Part shown: one piece after another, positions 19,269 through 29,363 of the stretch
Position numbering within the stretch: the first letter of the stretch is position 1
How the letters are laid out: every line of letters starts with the position of its first letter
Assembly: GCA_040768605.1 (NCBI GenBank)
Contig: JAXGMP010000001.1
Location: forward strand, 1,483,740-1,547,739
DNA from: Anaerolineae bacterium
GTDB lineage: Bacteria; Chloroflexota; Anaerolineae; UBA1429
DNA length: 64,000 nt
Direction of reading: 5' to 3'
Notes under the pieces: model-generated
What the model saw: only the letters and a program-made list of their open reading frames with translations
What the model was told of the DNA's origin: nothing
The model's database searches: none
Translations under genes and position numbers: made by a program

Positions 19269-19916
19269 ATGGAAGACATCGTGGAAGTCGCCCCATTCCC
19301 CGACCGGCTGCGTCGCGCCTTCTCGCTGATCCTGACGCTGCTCGCCGCCTTCCTGTATGCGGGGGTATTGGGCGTGTCGATCGTCCGCGCCTTCCTGGAG
19401 CCGGATCCCCAGTTCACCGAGGGGACCGTCCGCACCGCCGGCCTCTTGAGTGGGCTGGTGGGCTCGGTCGTCTCGGCCGGCTTTGCCCGCGGCAAGCGGC
19501 CAGAGGCCGTCGCGATGAGCATCGAACACCCCCTCGGCGGCCGATCGCGCACCTCCTGGCAGACCCTGCGGCGCCCGAGCCTGCTGCGCTGCAAGCTGCT
19601 GGGGCTGGCCGGGTTCCTCGGCCTGCGGGCATCGACGGCCACCGGAGAGCCCGAGGAGATTGCGGAGCCGCCGGCCGAGCTCGACCCCGGCAGCGGGCTG
19701 AGCATCAGCCTCTGGGTGGCCCTGCTGTACTTTGCGCTCTACTTTGTGGTCGGGGCGGCGGCCTTCGCCCTGACGCTGCTGCGCACCGCCACGCCCGAGT
19801 TCCTCGGCAACGCCGCCTGGGTCTGGCTGGGCACGGTGTTGTCGTCCGGCTATTCGTTCTTTGCCCTGGGCACCACCGTCCCGGGCAGCGTCGGCACCAC
19901 CCGGCGCGGCAGGTAG
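19269..19916 (+). CDS. Hypothetical membrane protein
   Basis: AGGAGG precedes the ATG. Several predicted transmembrane helices. No recognisable family. Confidence 0.55.
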   Translation: MEDIVEVAPFPDRLRRAFSLILTLLAAFLYAGVLGVSIVRAFLEPDPQFTEGTVRTAGLLSGLVGSVVSAGFARGKRPEAVAMSIEHPLGGRSRTSWQTLRRPSLLRCKLLGLAGFLGLRASTATGEPEEIAEPPAELDPGSGLSISLWVALLYFALYFVVGAAAFALTLLRTATPEFLGNAAWVWLGTVLSSGYSFFALGTTVPGSVGTTRRGR

Positions 19917-19991
19917 CGCGCGGCGAGCTGGCACCATCATACCCCAAGAGAGCGACAGGCCGGCGCCAGGCCCGACCGCGGTGGCGGCTGG

Positions 19992-22184
19992 CTAGTCGCT
20001 GTACCGCAGCATGCGCATCCCGTTTAGGATGACGAGGACGGAGGTCCCCGTGTCCGCCAGGACGGCCATCCAGAGCGTGGCAACCCCGCTGACTGCCAAC
20101 GCCAGGAACAGCGCCTTCACAGCGAGCGCGGCGGCCACGTTCTGGCCCACCACCCGCAGCGCCCTCTGGCTCAGCCGCAGGGCGTAGGGGAGCTTGCCGA
20201 GGTCATCGCCCATCAGGGCAATGTCAGCGGTCTCCAGGGCCGTGTCGGTGCCGGCCGCGCCCATGGCGATGCCTAGCGTGGCCCGGGCCAGCGCGGGCGC
20301 GTCGTTCACTCCGTCACCCACCATGGCGGCCGGCCCGTACTTGGCCTCGAGCCGTTCAATGGCAGCGACCTTGTCCTGAGGCAGGAGCCCGGCCTCGAAG
20401 GCGTCCACGCCGGCACGTGCGGCGATCTGCGCGGCGATGTGCGGGTTGTCCCCGGTCAGCATCACGGTATGCGCGACGCCAGCCCGCTTCACTCCAGCCA
20501 CCGCCTCTCTGGCGTTCGGCCGCAAGGTGTCGGCGATGGCCAGGAAGCAACGCTGTTCGCAGCAGGCGTCCTCCACCAGGACCACGGTGTATCCCTCGGC
20601 CTCGGCGGCCTCGATCTGCCGCACCATCTCGTCACTGAGAGGCCCGTTGCCGGTCTGCTGCTGGAAGGCCAGGTTCCCGGCCGTCACCGCGTGCCCGGCG
20701 ACCGTCCCGGCAATCCCCAGGCCGGCGTGCGCCACAGCGTCTTCACCCGGCGGGTAGCGCCCCTCGAGCCCCTGCTCGGCAGCGCTGCGCGTCACGGCGC
20801 GGGCCAGCGCGTGCTCGGAACGCCCCTCAAGCGCGGCCGCCTTGGCCAGCAGGTCCGCGCAGTTGGCGCACTCCTGGGGACCCTCGGGGTGCAGCTCACA
20901 CGTGCCGCCCACGACATAGGGCTCCCCCGCCGTCAGGGTGCCAGTCTTGTCAAAGGCCATCACCTTCACCCGGGCGAGCGCCTCCAGGTGGCGGCCGCCC
21001 TTTACCAACACGCCCGACCGCGCCGCGCGCGCCAGCGCGCTGACGACAGTGACGGGCGTCGAGATCACCAGCGCGCACGGGCAGGCGATGACCAGGAGGA
21101 CCAGCGCGCGGTAGACCCAGGTACCCAGGCTCCCCAACCCAGCCAGCGGCGGGATCACGGCCACCAGCACGGCCAGCGCGAACACGATCGGCGTGTACAC
21201 CGCGGCGAAGCGGTCCACCAGCCGCTGCGCGGGCGCCTGCTCCGACTCGGCCTCCTCTACCATCTGCAGTATGCGGGCGATGGTGCTGTCTTGGGCCAGG
21301 CGCTGCACCTCGATCACGAGCGCGCCGTTGCCGTTGACAGTGCCGGCGAACACCTCATCCCCAGTGCCCTTTTCGACGGGGATCGATTCACCGGTGATCG
21401 GCGCCTGGTTCACCGCCGAACGCCCCTCGCGCACGGTGCCGTCCACCGGAAAGCGCTCCCCCGGGCGCACCAGCACGCGCTCGCCGCGGCGCAGGTCTTC
21501 CACCGGCACGACCATGGTGCCGCCCTCGCGCTCCACAGTGGCCTCGCGGGGGGCCAGCTCCATGAGGGAGCGGACGGCGTGGCGCGCCCGGTCGGAGGTG
21601 TAGCCCTCCAGCAGCTCGCCGAGGGAGAAGAGCAGCACCGTCACGGCGCCTTCGGCAAAGTCGCCGATAGCCATCGCCCCGACCGCCGCCACCACCATCA
21701 GGACGTTCATGTCCAAAGTGTGGGCGACGGTTACCGACACCCAGCCGGCGCGGGCCAGGGAAAAGCCCCCCACAAGGATGGCGAGCCCATACAGCACCCG
21801 CGAGGCCCACAGTGGGCCCCCGAGCCAACCCACCACGAGCGCCGCCAGAAGCAGGGCGCCGCTCGCGGCAGTGGCGGCCGCCTGCGGGTGGCGCGCCAGC
21901 CAGCCGGCGCGCGGCGCCTCATCGGAGGGTTGGGGCGCGCCTCTCTCAGCGAGCTGATAGCCCATCTGCTGGGCCAACGCGGTCAGTGCCGGGATCACCT
22001 CGTGCGCCCGAGCCGTGGTAATGGTCAGCAGGCCCGTGGTGTAGGCCAACCGCGCCGAGGCCACCCCCGCGGTCTCACGCGCGGCCTTCTCGAGGCTTGC
22101 GGCGCAATCCGGGCAGTCCAGCCCCTGAACCGTCATAACGATCGTCTGCATCGCTTGATCCACTTTGTCGCTCACGTCAAACAC
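19992..22184 (-). CDS. Heavy-metal-translocating P1B-type ATPase of the Zn/Cd/Pb class
   Basis: N-terminal HMA domain with a CxxC site (GLDCPDCA). CPC transmembrane motif (ACPCALV), DKTGTLT phosphorylation site and GDGVNDAPAL. The start is 4 nt after the stop of the upstream arsR-family gene. Confidence 0.93.
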   Translation of the reverse strand: MFDVSDKVDQAMQTIVMTVQGLDCPDCAASLEKAARETAGVASARLAYTTGLLTITTARAHEVIPALTALAQQMGYQLAERGAPQPSDEAPRAGWLARHPQAAATAASGALLLAALVVGWLGGPLWASRVLYGLAILVGGFSLARAGWVSVTVAHTLDMNVLMVVAAVGAMAIGDFAEGAVTVLLFSLGELLEGYTSDRARHAVRSLMELAPREATVEREGGTMVVPVEDLRRGERVLVRPGERFPVDGTVREGRSAVNQAPITGESIPVEKGTGDEVFAGTVNGNGALVIEVQRLAQDSTIARILQMVEEAESEQAPAQRLVDRFAAVYTPIVFALAVLVAVIPPLAGLGSLGTWVYRALVLLVIACPCALVISTPVTVVSALARAARSGVLVKGGRHLEALARVKVMAFDKTGTLTAGEPYVVGGTCELHPEGPQECANCADLLAKAAALEGRSEHALARAVTRSAAEQGLEGRYPPGEDAVAHAGLGIAGTVAGHAVTAGNLAFQQQTGNGPLSDEMVRQIEAAEAEGYTVVLVEDACCEQRCFLAIADTLRPNAREAVAGVKRAGVAHTVMLTGDNPHIAAQIAARAGVDAFEAGLLPQDKVAAIERLEAKYGPAAMVGDGVNDAPALARATLGIAMGAAGTDTALETADIALMGDDLGKLPYALRLSQRALRVVGQNVAAALAVKALFLALAVSGVATLWMAVLADTGTSVLVILNGMRMLRYSD

Positions 22185-22188
22185 CCGT

Positions 22189-22560
22189 CTATTCTTTAGC
22201 GGCCTGGGCGGCTGCGGGCCGCTGGGCCTCGAGGGTATGCTCCAGCGCGTACGCGTACAGGCGGGCGATATGCTCGTCAGCCAGGGAGTAGTAGACGTGC
22301 CGCCCCTCCCGCCGCGCCACGACGGTGCGCAGGCGCCGCAACAGGCGCAGCTGATGAGACACGGCCGATAACGACATCCCCAGCGCCGCGGCCATGGCCC
22401 CCACGCAGACCTCTCCGTCGACCATGGCCGAGATCAGGCGCACCCGTGTTGGGTCCGCCAGTGCCCAGAAGAGCATGGCAATGGCCTGGGCGGGTTCCTC
22501 GTCCAGCGCCCGGCACTCGGTCCCCGAGTGCTGGTGGTAGCCGCTAACTGATGAATCCAT
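22189..22560 (-). CDS. ArsR/SmtB-family metalloregulator with an alpha5 (CzrA/SmtB-type) metal site
   Basis: Winged HTH (LADPTRVRLISAM...LSAVSHQLRLL). Alpha5-site signature D-x-H-x10-H-x2-E (DEHIARLYAYALEHTLE). ATG at 22560; the ORF-track N-terminal extension is rejected. Confidence 0.85.
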   Translation of the reverse strand: MDSSVSGYHQHSGTECRALDEEPAQAIAMLFWALADPTRVRLISAMVDGEVCVGAMAAALGMSLSAVSHQLRLLRRLRTVVARREGRHVYYSLADEHIARLYAYALEHTLEAQRPAAAQAAKE

Positions 22561-22588
22561 CGCGCCCTGCAGCCCCCTCTGTTCATGA

Positions 22589-22604
22589 TTGAGCACTTGC
22601 TCAA
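22589..22604 (-). promoter_or_regulatory. 7-2-7 palindrome TTGAGCA-CT-TGCTCAA about 30 nt upstream of the arsR-family start; candidate operator
   Basis: Perfect inverted repeat read from the sequence. ArsR/SmtB operators are commonly imperfect palindromes of this size that overlap the promoter. Confidence 0.35.
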
Positions 22605-22795
22605 GTATAGCCCCATCGTCCGCCCGTGTCAATACCGCGGTGCGGCCCGTGGCCCGCCGCGCGTACCGCGGCCTCGGGGCGCCATGTGGCCTCGCGGGTC
22701 CCGCCCCGCACGCGCCCCCCCTCCCCCGCCGGAAAGCACACAGCGCCCGGCGGCCGCTGACGCGGCCTCCGGGCGCCATGCCTTGCCCTGGCCCC

Positions 22796-23695
22796 TCAGT
22801 AGACGGCCGGCGCGCCGAGCGCCGCCGCCAGCGCCGGGGGATCGTTGGTCGTAATCCGGTCCACGCCCAGGCCGGCCAGAAGGCGGGCACCCTCGACGTG
22901 GCCCGGCGTCTCGGCGTCGAGCGTCCAGACGTCCGCCTCGATGCCGTGATCATGCAGCCAGGCGATCCAGTCGAACCCATCCCGCAGCGACTGCTCCACC
23001 AGGCGCCCGTGCAGATACCAGACGCCGGCCCGCGCCGGGGCCTGCCGCAGGAGGCACTCCGCGCGCAGGGCTAGGTAGTCCGGCGTCGTCCCCCAGCGCT
23101 TCAGCGCCTGGGGATGGTCGTCCAGGTACCCGTACGCCCCGGTGCGTAGCGGCGGCTCGGGAGGATCGTAGGGCTCCGGGCGGTAGTCGATGTACCAGCC
23201 CGGGTCAAAGCCAAGCGGCAGCTCCGCGTCTAGCTCGCGCAGGCGCCCCAAGGCCCAATCAGCGCAGGAGGTCAGGCGCACACGCTCGCGCAGCGGGCGC
23301 ACCTGGGCAGCAAGGCGCGCCAAGAGAGGAGTCGGCAGGGGTTCATCGGCCTTGAGGTCCAGCTGCAGCTCGACCGCCTCGGGATAGGCGGCCAGCAGGT
23401 CCAGCGCCTGGCCCAGCAGGCCGATCGGTTCCTCGCTGGGGCGCCCCTTCCATAACAGGCGCAACCCGGCGAGGTCGGCGGAGGCGTGCTCAATGGCGCG
23501 CCCACGGCCCGTGGTGCTGCCGTCCAGGACGGCGTCGTGCAGCAGGGCGAACTCGCCATCGGCTGTTGGCGTTATGTCCACCTCCACCACGCGGGCGCCG
23601 GCCCGTAGGCAGCGCTCGAGGGCGGCCAGCGAGTTCTGCGGCAGGTCGCGCCCGCGATTGCCGCCGTGATGGATCAGTAACACTGGTGGTTGCAT
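22796..23695 (-). CDS. Glycerophosphodiester phosphodiesterase family protein (cytoplasmic)
   Basis: ATG at 23695 with AAGGGGA 6 nt upstream. GDPD N-terminal signature LLIHHGGNRG...NSLAALE...EVDI. The ORF-track N-terminal extension is rejected. Confidence 0.85.
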   Translation of the reverse strand: MQPPVLLIHHGGNRGRDLPQNSLAALERCLRAGARVVEVDITPTADGEFALLHDAVLDGSTTGRGRAIEHASADLAGLRLLWKGRPSEEPIGLLGQALDLLAAYPEAVELQLDLKADEPLPTPLLARLAAQVRPLRERVRLTSCADWALGRLRELDAELPLGFDPGWYIDYRPEPYDPPEPPLRTGAYGYLDDHPQALKRWGTTPDYLALRAECLLRQAPARAGVWYLHGRLVEQSLRDGFDWIAWLHDHGIEADVWTLDAETPGHVEGARLLAGLGVDRITTNDPPALAAALGAPAVY

Positions 23696-23745
23696 GCGGT
23701 TCCCCTTCGGTATGGCACCGGCCGGGTGAGGCCGGCGCGCAGCGG

Positions 23746-24630
23746 TCACGCGCCGGCGCGCTCCAGAGCCTCCTCGATCGTGCCGCGCCAGGGGCCCGGC
23801 TGTTCCTGCTTGAGCGTGGTCACGGCGCCGGCTAGGCGGGTGGCCTCGCGGGCCGAGTGCGCCAGCCTCCAGCCGACATAGGTGGAGAAACAAGTATCGC
23901 CCCGCCCCGTCCTGCCGGCCAGCGAGCGCGGAGTGAACGGCGCCCGGTGCACCTGGCCGTCGGACCAGACCAGCACGCCCTCGGAACGCGTCACCACGAC
24001 CTCGCGCGGGCCATAGGCCGCCAGGCGGGCCGCCGCCTTGGCCGCGTCGGTCAGCCCGGTGAGGTGTTCGGCCTCGGCAAGGTCGACCTTCAGGTAGGTC
24101 ACCCGGGCTAGGCCTTGCGCCATATCCGGCCAGGGGCGGAAGACCAGACTGTCCCCATCGGGGACGCGCACAAACCCCTGCACGTCGAGGGCCAGCGGGG
24201 CGCGGTCCGCCAGGGTCTTGAGCAGGGGCAGGTCCACCTCGCCGGCGATGATCGGCGAGATCATGATGACCTTGGCCGCGATGTCGGGCACGTCCTCGGG
24301 CTGAAAGGCCCCGGCAAAGGCCAGCGGATGGCAGACGCGCCGCTCCATGTTCTCCGAGCTATAGATGTTCTCGATCCCTGAGGTGGCCTCGGCGGCCGTC
24401 GGGAACACGCGCACGCCCGCCCGGCGCATCTCGTCCAGCCGCGGGTAGTCCCGCGGGTGGAGGCGGGTGGCGACCGCCACGTCCACACCCAGGCGGCGCA
24501 GGGCCATACTCCCGTAGAACACCCCCCCACCAGTGGCTGCCTCAGAGTGGCCATCCACGACGATGCGGTCCACGGCCATGTGTCCGACCATCAGGATATC
24601 GACGTCGGGTGATGTTGTTATGTGCGTCAT
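23746..24630 (-). CDS. PfkB-family carbohydrate kinase (ribokinase-like)
   Basis: The GG dipeptide region and a C-terminal anion-hole motif (GRGDTCFS) are present. SD GAGGAGA. Confidence 0.9.
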   Translation of the reverse strand: MTHITTSPDVDILMVGHMAVDRIVVDGHSEAATGGGVFYGSMALRRLGVDVAVATRLHPRDYPRLDEMRRAGVRVFPTAAEATSGIENIYSSENMERRVCHPLAFAGAFQPEDVPDIAAKVIMISPIIAGEVDLPLLKTLADRAPLALDVQGFVRVPDGDSLVFRPWPDMAQGLARVTYLKVDLAEAEHLTGLTDAAKAAARLAAYGPREVVVTRSEGVLVWSDGQVHRAPFTPRSLAGRTGRGDTCFSTYVGWRLAHSAREATRLAGAVTTLKQEQPGPWRGTIEEALERAGA

Positions 24631-24705
24631 GGCTCTCCTCGCTCTTGCCTGGCACGCCGCTCATGTGGCAGCGCGCAACGGTCTGATGGTGCAATCCTGG
24701 CGGCG

Positions 24706-26289
24706 CTAGCTGAAGCGGAGACGCTCCGGCTCGTCGCTGCAGATGCCATCGACGCCCAGACCCCTCAGGTAGGTGATGTACTCCGGACGCTCCTCGTGCC
24801 AAAGGATCACGCCCAGGCCCGCGGCGCGCACGCGGTCCACCCACTCCTGCGATAGGGCATCCTCGGGGTGCGGGCCGGAGACGTCCCAGCAGGGGTGCAC
24901 GTAGGTGGCGCCCACCGCCTTGGCCAGGGCCACGGCGTCCACCCGGCGTGAGCCGAACAGGACCGAGATCCGCAGCCCAGGCTCCAACGCCCTGGCCTCG
25001 GCCACCCAGTCGGGGCGGAAGGAGCCCACCATCACCCGCCCGACGGCCCGCTCAGCGCGTAGGATCTCCACCATGGGGCGGATACAGCCGCCGTCCTTGA
25101 TCTCAATGTACAGCCCCAGGCGCAGCTCAGAGGCCAACTGGAGCATCTCGCGGAGGGTGGGCACGCGTTCGCCCTCCGCCAGGGGCACCTTCTGGAGTGC
25201 CTCGAGCGTGCTGCGCTGCACGGGCAGGATGGTGCCGTCTGCTGCGCGTAGCTGGGCATCGTGGATGACGGCCACCTCGCCGTCGGCGGTACGCTGCACG
25301 TCGATCTCCGCGGCGTCAGCGCCGAGGGCGGCGGCCACACGCAGGCCGGTCAGGGTGTTGTCCGGCGCATGGCCAGACGCGCCGCGATGCCCGATGCGCA
25401 GGAAGCGATAGTCCTTATGGCGCGTCTCGCGGGCCAGGTACTCGATCCACCCGTTCACCCGGCCGGGAATCCAGTCGCGCAGCGCTTCCCAGGTGACGAA
25501 ATGCTCCGGAGCTAAAGTGAATCGCCTGGTGAACTCCCAGGACGGGTCAAAGGCTAAATGCTGCAGGTACGTGCGCACCACCGTATCCGCCCGCGGGCTG
25601 CCCTGGATGCGCCCGCGGAACAGATCATTGATGAGCACACCTCCCGAGCCGGCCTTGGCGTTCGTCGAGGAGGGGCGCGTAGACAGGCGGATCTCGTCGT
25701 ACCAGGAAGCCAGCGGGGCAAAGGCGTGCTTGCCCGGCTGAGAGAGGAGCACCACGCGCTCCCCCTCAATGTTCAGGCGCCCGTCCACGGTCATGTCGTG
25801 CAGGTCGCCATGCCAGGAGGCCTCGGCGCGCACTACGCGTCCGTCAGCGTCCACGTAGACCCAAAAGTGCTCCAGTTCATAGAGGTGGCCAATGTCCCAG
25901 TCCCACCAGATGGCGTACTCGATGGCCAGCGCGGCGCTGCCCCCACCCGGGAGCGCCAGGTCGATCGTGCGCCCGAACGAGGAGGACGGCGCCGTGGCCC
26001 GAAAGATCGTGTAGCCCGCCGCGCAGGGCAGGAACGGCTCCCGCGCATCGAACAGGATGACCGGCGCGTAGCGTTCGGCCAGCGCCCGGTCGGCCTCGTT
26101 CTGGGGCGCAGCGCGCAGCGCGGCCAGCGAATCCGCCAGCCAGGCGGGCTCCGCCGCCCAGGGTGCTTGGTAGGTCATGTTCGCCTCCTGAGATGGTTCC
26201 TCGTTCCGCACCGCACCGCAGGCCAGGCACAACAAACACGAGGCCCCCACGAGCCACGCGATCCGCGCACCTCGCCCCCATCTGACCAT
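24706..26289 (-). CDS. Secreted or lipo-anchored fusion protein: N-terminal domain of unknown function plus C-terminal glycerophosphodiester phosphodiesterase
   Basis: ATG at 26289 with GAGGGAG upstream. Signal-like N-terminus (MVRWGRGARIAWLVGASCLLCLACG). The C-terminal half carries GDPD motifs (RIGHRGASGHAPDNTL...EIDV). Confidence 0.85.
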   Translation of the reverse strand: MVRWGRGARIAWLVGASCLLCLACGAVRNEEPSQEANMTYQAPWAAEPAWLADSLAALRAAPQNEADRALAERYAPVILFDAREPFLPCAAGYTIFRATAPSSSFGRTIDLALPGGGSAALAIEYAIWWDWDIGHLYELEHFWVYVDADGRVVRAEASWHGDLHDMTVDGRLNIEGERVVLLSQPGKHAFAPLASWYDEIRLSTRPSSTNAKAGSGGVLINDLFRGRIQGSPRADTVVRTYLQHLAFDPSWEFTRRFTLAPEHFVTWEALRDWIPGRVNGWIEYLARETRHKDYRFLRIGHRGASGHAPDNTLTGLRVAAALGADAAEIDVQRTADGEVAVIHDAQLRAADGTILPVQRSTLEALQKVPLAEGERVPTLREMLQLASELRLGLYIEIKDGGCIRPMVEILRAERAVGRVMVGSFRPDWVAEARALEPGLRISVLFGSRRVDAVALAKAVGATYVHPCWDVSGPHPEDALSQEWVDRVRAAGLGVILWHEERPEYITYLRGLGVDGICSDEPERLRFS

Positions 26290-26387
26290 GGGCACTCCCT
26301 CGGTGCCATCGCTTCGGCCGCCCGATGCCTGCTTCCGGGAGCGGCGGTTGGCGCCGCTCCCCTAGAGCCTGTGCCCGCTGGCCACCT

Positions 26388-27860
26388 CTACAGGTCGCGC
26401 AGGCCGGCCATGGGGCCGAAGGGGGCCAGGCTGACCGTCGGATACGGGTTGCAAAAGATGTCATCTTCCAGGTAGCCGCGCTTCCACATCCGCGCGCACA
26501 TCTCCTCCAGGACGGCCCGGTTGCGGGGGTCCTGGGCGACGTTGCGGAGGCAGTGCGGGTCCTCCTGGAGGTTGTATAGCTCGTCGTCGTCAAAACCGTT
26601 GTAGACGTACTTCCAGTCCTTGGTGCGCACCACGCGCTGCGAGTAGTACAGCTCCACGCCGTTGAACTGGGTATACACAGCGTCGGGCCAGTCCTCCGGC
26701 TCTTCGCCGCGGAAGAAGGGCACCAGGCTCTGGCCGCTGGACCTGGGCAGCTCGGCCCCGCCCAGCTCCACAAAGGTGGGCGCAAAGTCGGCGAGGCTGA
26801 CGAACTCGTCGACGCTGCGCCCGGGATCGGTAATCCCCGCGGGCCAGCGCACCAGCAGGGGAACGTGGTAGCACTCGTCAAAGGCGGCCACGCCCTTCAT
26901 GAACAGGCCGTGCGCCCCGGCATAGTCGCCGTGGTCGGAGGTAAAGATGACCACCGTGTTGTCTGCCTGGCCGGTGGCGTCCAGCCCGTCCAGCACCATG
27001 CCCAGCAGGTCATCCTGCATGGTGCAAAAGCCCCAGTAGTGGGCGATGGCCTCGCGGTACTCCTGCTCGCTCATCTGTGACCAAAAGCGCCGCTGCCGCT
27101 GGTAGACGCGGGGCTTGTCGAGCAGGTTGTCGTAGAAGGAGGGCGGCAGGGCCACGTCGTCCGGATCGTACATCGTGGCGTACTTTTCCGGGAGGATGTA
27201 GGGATCGTGGGGCCCGACGGGGCCGATGAACAGGCACCAGGGCTGGCCCGAGCTGCTCAGGTCCTCGAGCGCCTGTAGGCCGGCCCGCACCGCCTGGATG
27301 TCATGCGGATGGTACGGGTCATGCTCGGGGTCGGGCGTGCGCGTGCCGTACAGACGGTAGCGCCCCCAACCGGGACGCAGCAGCTCGCCCTTTTCGCGGG
27401 GGGCGTCGCTCTCTGGCTCCTGGGCCATCGTGCGGAAGCGCTCCCAACGCAGGCCGTGCATCTCGCCTTGCACGCCGGAGGCCATATACTCCTTCCAGCC
27501 ACGGTCGGCCGGGCCCTCGGTCGCCGAGACGTGCCACTTGCCCGCGAAACCGAGCTCATAGCCCTCGTCGCGCAGTACCTCGCTAAAGGTGGTCACCCCG
27601 GGGTTCAGAGACTCGTGCAGAGCGGCCTGGTTGAGCACGTTGTTGTAGATGCCGTGCTGGCTGGGGAACAGCCCGGTCATGAACGTCGCCCGAGACGGGC
27701 AGCAGTGCGCAGCGATGGTGTAGGTCTGCGAGAAGCGCAGCCCTTCGCGGGCCAGGCGGTCGGCGTTGGGCGTCCGGCAGGGGTGTCCGGGGGTCATAAT
27801 CCCGCCACCTTCCTGGTCCACCATGACTATGAGAATGTTGGGTCGCTCGGTCTGGGGCAC
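26388..27860 (-). CDS. Sulfatase (formylglycine-dependent, Cys-type)
   Basis: N-terminus PNILIVMVDQ and the C-x-P-S-R-x4-TG signature (CCPSRATFMTG). GTG start with AAAGGAGA 7 nt upstream. Confidence 0.9.
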   Translation of the reverse strand: MPQTERPNILIVMVDQEGGGIMTPGHPCRTPNADRLAREGLRFSQTYTIAAHCCPSRATFMTGLFPSQHGIYNNVLNQAALHESLNPGVTTFSEVLRDEGYELGFAGKWHVSATEGPADRGWKEYMASGVQGEMHGLRWERFRTMAQEPESDAPREKGELLRPGWGRYRLYGTRTPDPEHDPYHPHDIQAVRAGLQALEDLSSSGQPWCLFIGPVGPHDPYILPEKYATMYDPDDVALPPSFYDNLLDKPRVYQRQRRFWSQMSEQEYREAIAHYWGFCTMQDDLLGMVLDGLDATGQADNTVVIFTSDHGDYAGAHGLFMKGVAAFDECYHVPLLVRWPAGITDPGRSVDEFVSLADFAPTFVELGGAELPRSSGQSLVPFFRGEEPEDWPDAVYTQFNGVELYYSQRVVRTKDWKYVYNGFDDDELYNLQEDPHCLRNVAQDPRNRAVLEEMCARMWKRGYLEDDIFCNPYPTVSLAPFGPMAGLRDL

Positions 27861-27961
27861 AGAACTTCTCCTTTGCTGACGGTCACTATCTGGCGACGGG
27901 GTACCGGTGGCGCGGAGCCCGGCGTTTGGGCCCGCTCAGCGCAGCGCGCTCGGCAGGGCCG

Positions 27962-29185
27962 CTACAGGCCTGCCTGGTCCATGCGGCGCAGCGCCTCTTC
28001 GTAGACCTCGTAGCGCTCCGCCTCGCGCTCCTCCGGGTCCACCCACTTGAGCCACAGGGCGCTATCGGGGCGCGCCCCGGCGATCTCACGGCGACTACGG
28101 TGCCAGTCGGCATCGGGACCGTGCCAGCGGACCTCGCGATCCTGCAAGAGGATGAACTGCCCGGCATAGTCGCGGAACCTGGCCGCGTTGTCCCGGTAGT
28201 AGAGTGCCTGCTCGCACATGGTCCTCCGCCAAGAGGCCACCGTCGCTCCGCTATCGGGCTGGTCGGCGTAGAAGCGTCCCAACGGGGCGCTCACCTCAGA
28301 GGCCCAATCGATCTCTGCGAGGTCGGCGGTGCCAAAACCGTGCTCGTGGCACACCAGGCCCGGGTTGCGGTCACGCCCGTAGGGCATGGTCGGCCAGTCC
28401 GCGACGGGGTCGTGCCCCATCAGGTGCGTGACCACCGCGTCGGTGGCGGTGACCTGGTCACCAGCGATCAGCGCGTCGCAGACGCGCGCCTCACCGCCCC
28501 ACTCGCTGCCGGCCTGTGCCACCAGCGCGTCGATGATGTTCAGTGTCGGCTGGATGGTTCGCCCCAGATCTGCGAGCACGTACGGCAGGCGGATGATGTG
28601 ATGGTAATAGTGGCGCGGCCGGCCGTAGGGAGGCTCGGTGCACAGCCCGAACAGGTTCTTGAGGCACAGCGTGACGCCCATGAACTTGTGGTTCTTGGCC
28701 TTCTGCACCGAGACGAAGGCGTCGGCCGCCACCACCGATTCCGGCAGCACGTACTCGCCGAACATCAGCCCGCCGCCCGGCACGGCCACGCTGCGCACCG
28801 GCGGCTGGTCCCCGTCGACAAAGGGCACGTCGAACTCGCGCAATACCGGCAGGAGCGTGATCGTCTCCTCCACCGTGTGCGGCCGGCCCGCCCCGCCCAT
28901 GACGCTGATCTCACAGCAGGTGATCTCGGCGGAGGTCTCTGCTCTCAGCAGGCGCAGCACCGCGCGCGCCACGCGATGGTCCACCAGCTCCTGGAGGTGC
29001 CCGGCGTGGTAACGCAGGCCGTCGGGGCTCCAGGCCTGGTTGAACTTGATCGAAATCGTCTTGGCGGCTTTCAGCGTGGCCCAGGTCGCGCTCAGGGGCG
29101 CGGTGGCGCGTTGCAGCGCCTCGTAGATGGCCTCGTCAGAGGACCGGTGATCACAACGCACGGCACGTACCAGCGGCTTGGACAT
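27962..29185 (-). CDS. DUF362 domain-containing protein
   Basis: ATG at 29185 (MSKPLVRAVRCDHRSSDEAIYEALQ...) with GGAGGGG upstream. Family-typical N-terminus. The 35-codon ORF-track extension is rejected. Confidence 0.8.
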   Translation of the reverse strand: MSKPLVRAVRCDHRSSDEAIYEALQRATAPLSATWATLKAAKTISIKFNQAWSPDGLRYHAGHLQELVDHRVARAVLRLLRAETSAEITCCEISVMGGAGRPHTVEETITLLPVLREFDVPFVDGDQPPVRSVAVPGGGLMFGEYVLPESVVAADAFVSVQKAKNHKFMGVTLCLKNLFGLCTEPPYGRPRHYYHHIIRLPYVLADLGRTIQPTLNIIDALVAQAGSEWGGEARVCDALIAGDQVTATDAVVTHLMGHDPVADWPTMPYGRDRNPGLVCHEHGFGTADLAEIDWASEVSAPLGRFYADQPDSGATVASWRRTMCEQALYYRDNAARFRDYAGQFILLQDREVRWHGPDADWHRSRREIAGARPDSALWLKWVDPEEREAERYEVYEEALRRMDQAGL

Positions 29186-29363
29186 GCGCCCCTCCCCGGG
29201 GGATGACTGATCCGGCGCGCACACGTTGCCAGGATGATAGACGCTTACGGCCGCCCCGGCAAGTGCCCGGCGCCCGTACACTTCGGGCATTGCCTCGCCC
29301 GGCCCAGCCGGCTAAGATAGCCGCACGCTCGGGATGACCCCATCCCGGCGAAAGGAGATCACC

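Noticed and set aside
20439-22199. 586-aa plus-strand ORF antisense to the P-type ATPase gene
   Set aside because: Arg/Gly/His-rich with no motifs. The opposite-strand ATPase has all its canonical motifs.
25558-26475. Long alternative-frame ORFs across the GDPD/sulfatase/DUF362 cluster (for example 25558-26475 +, 27926-29206 +, 29151-30503 -)
   Set aside because: All are antisense or out of frame to genes with clear family signatures, and all show the Arg/Pro/Gly bias of GC-rich non-coding frames.
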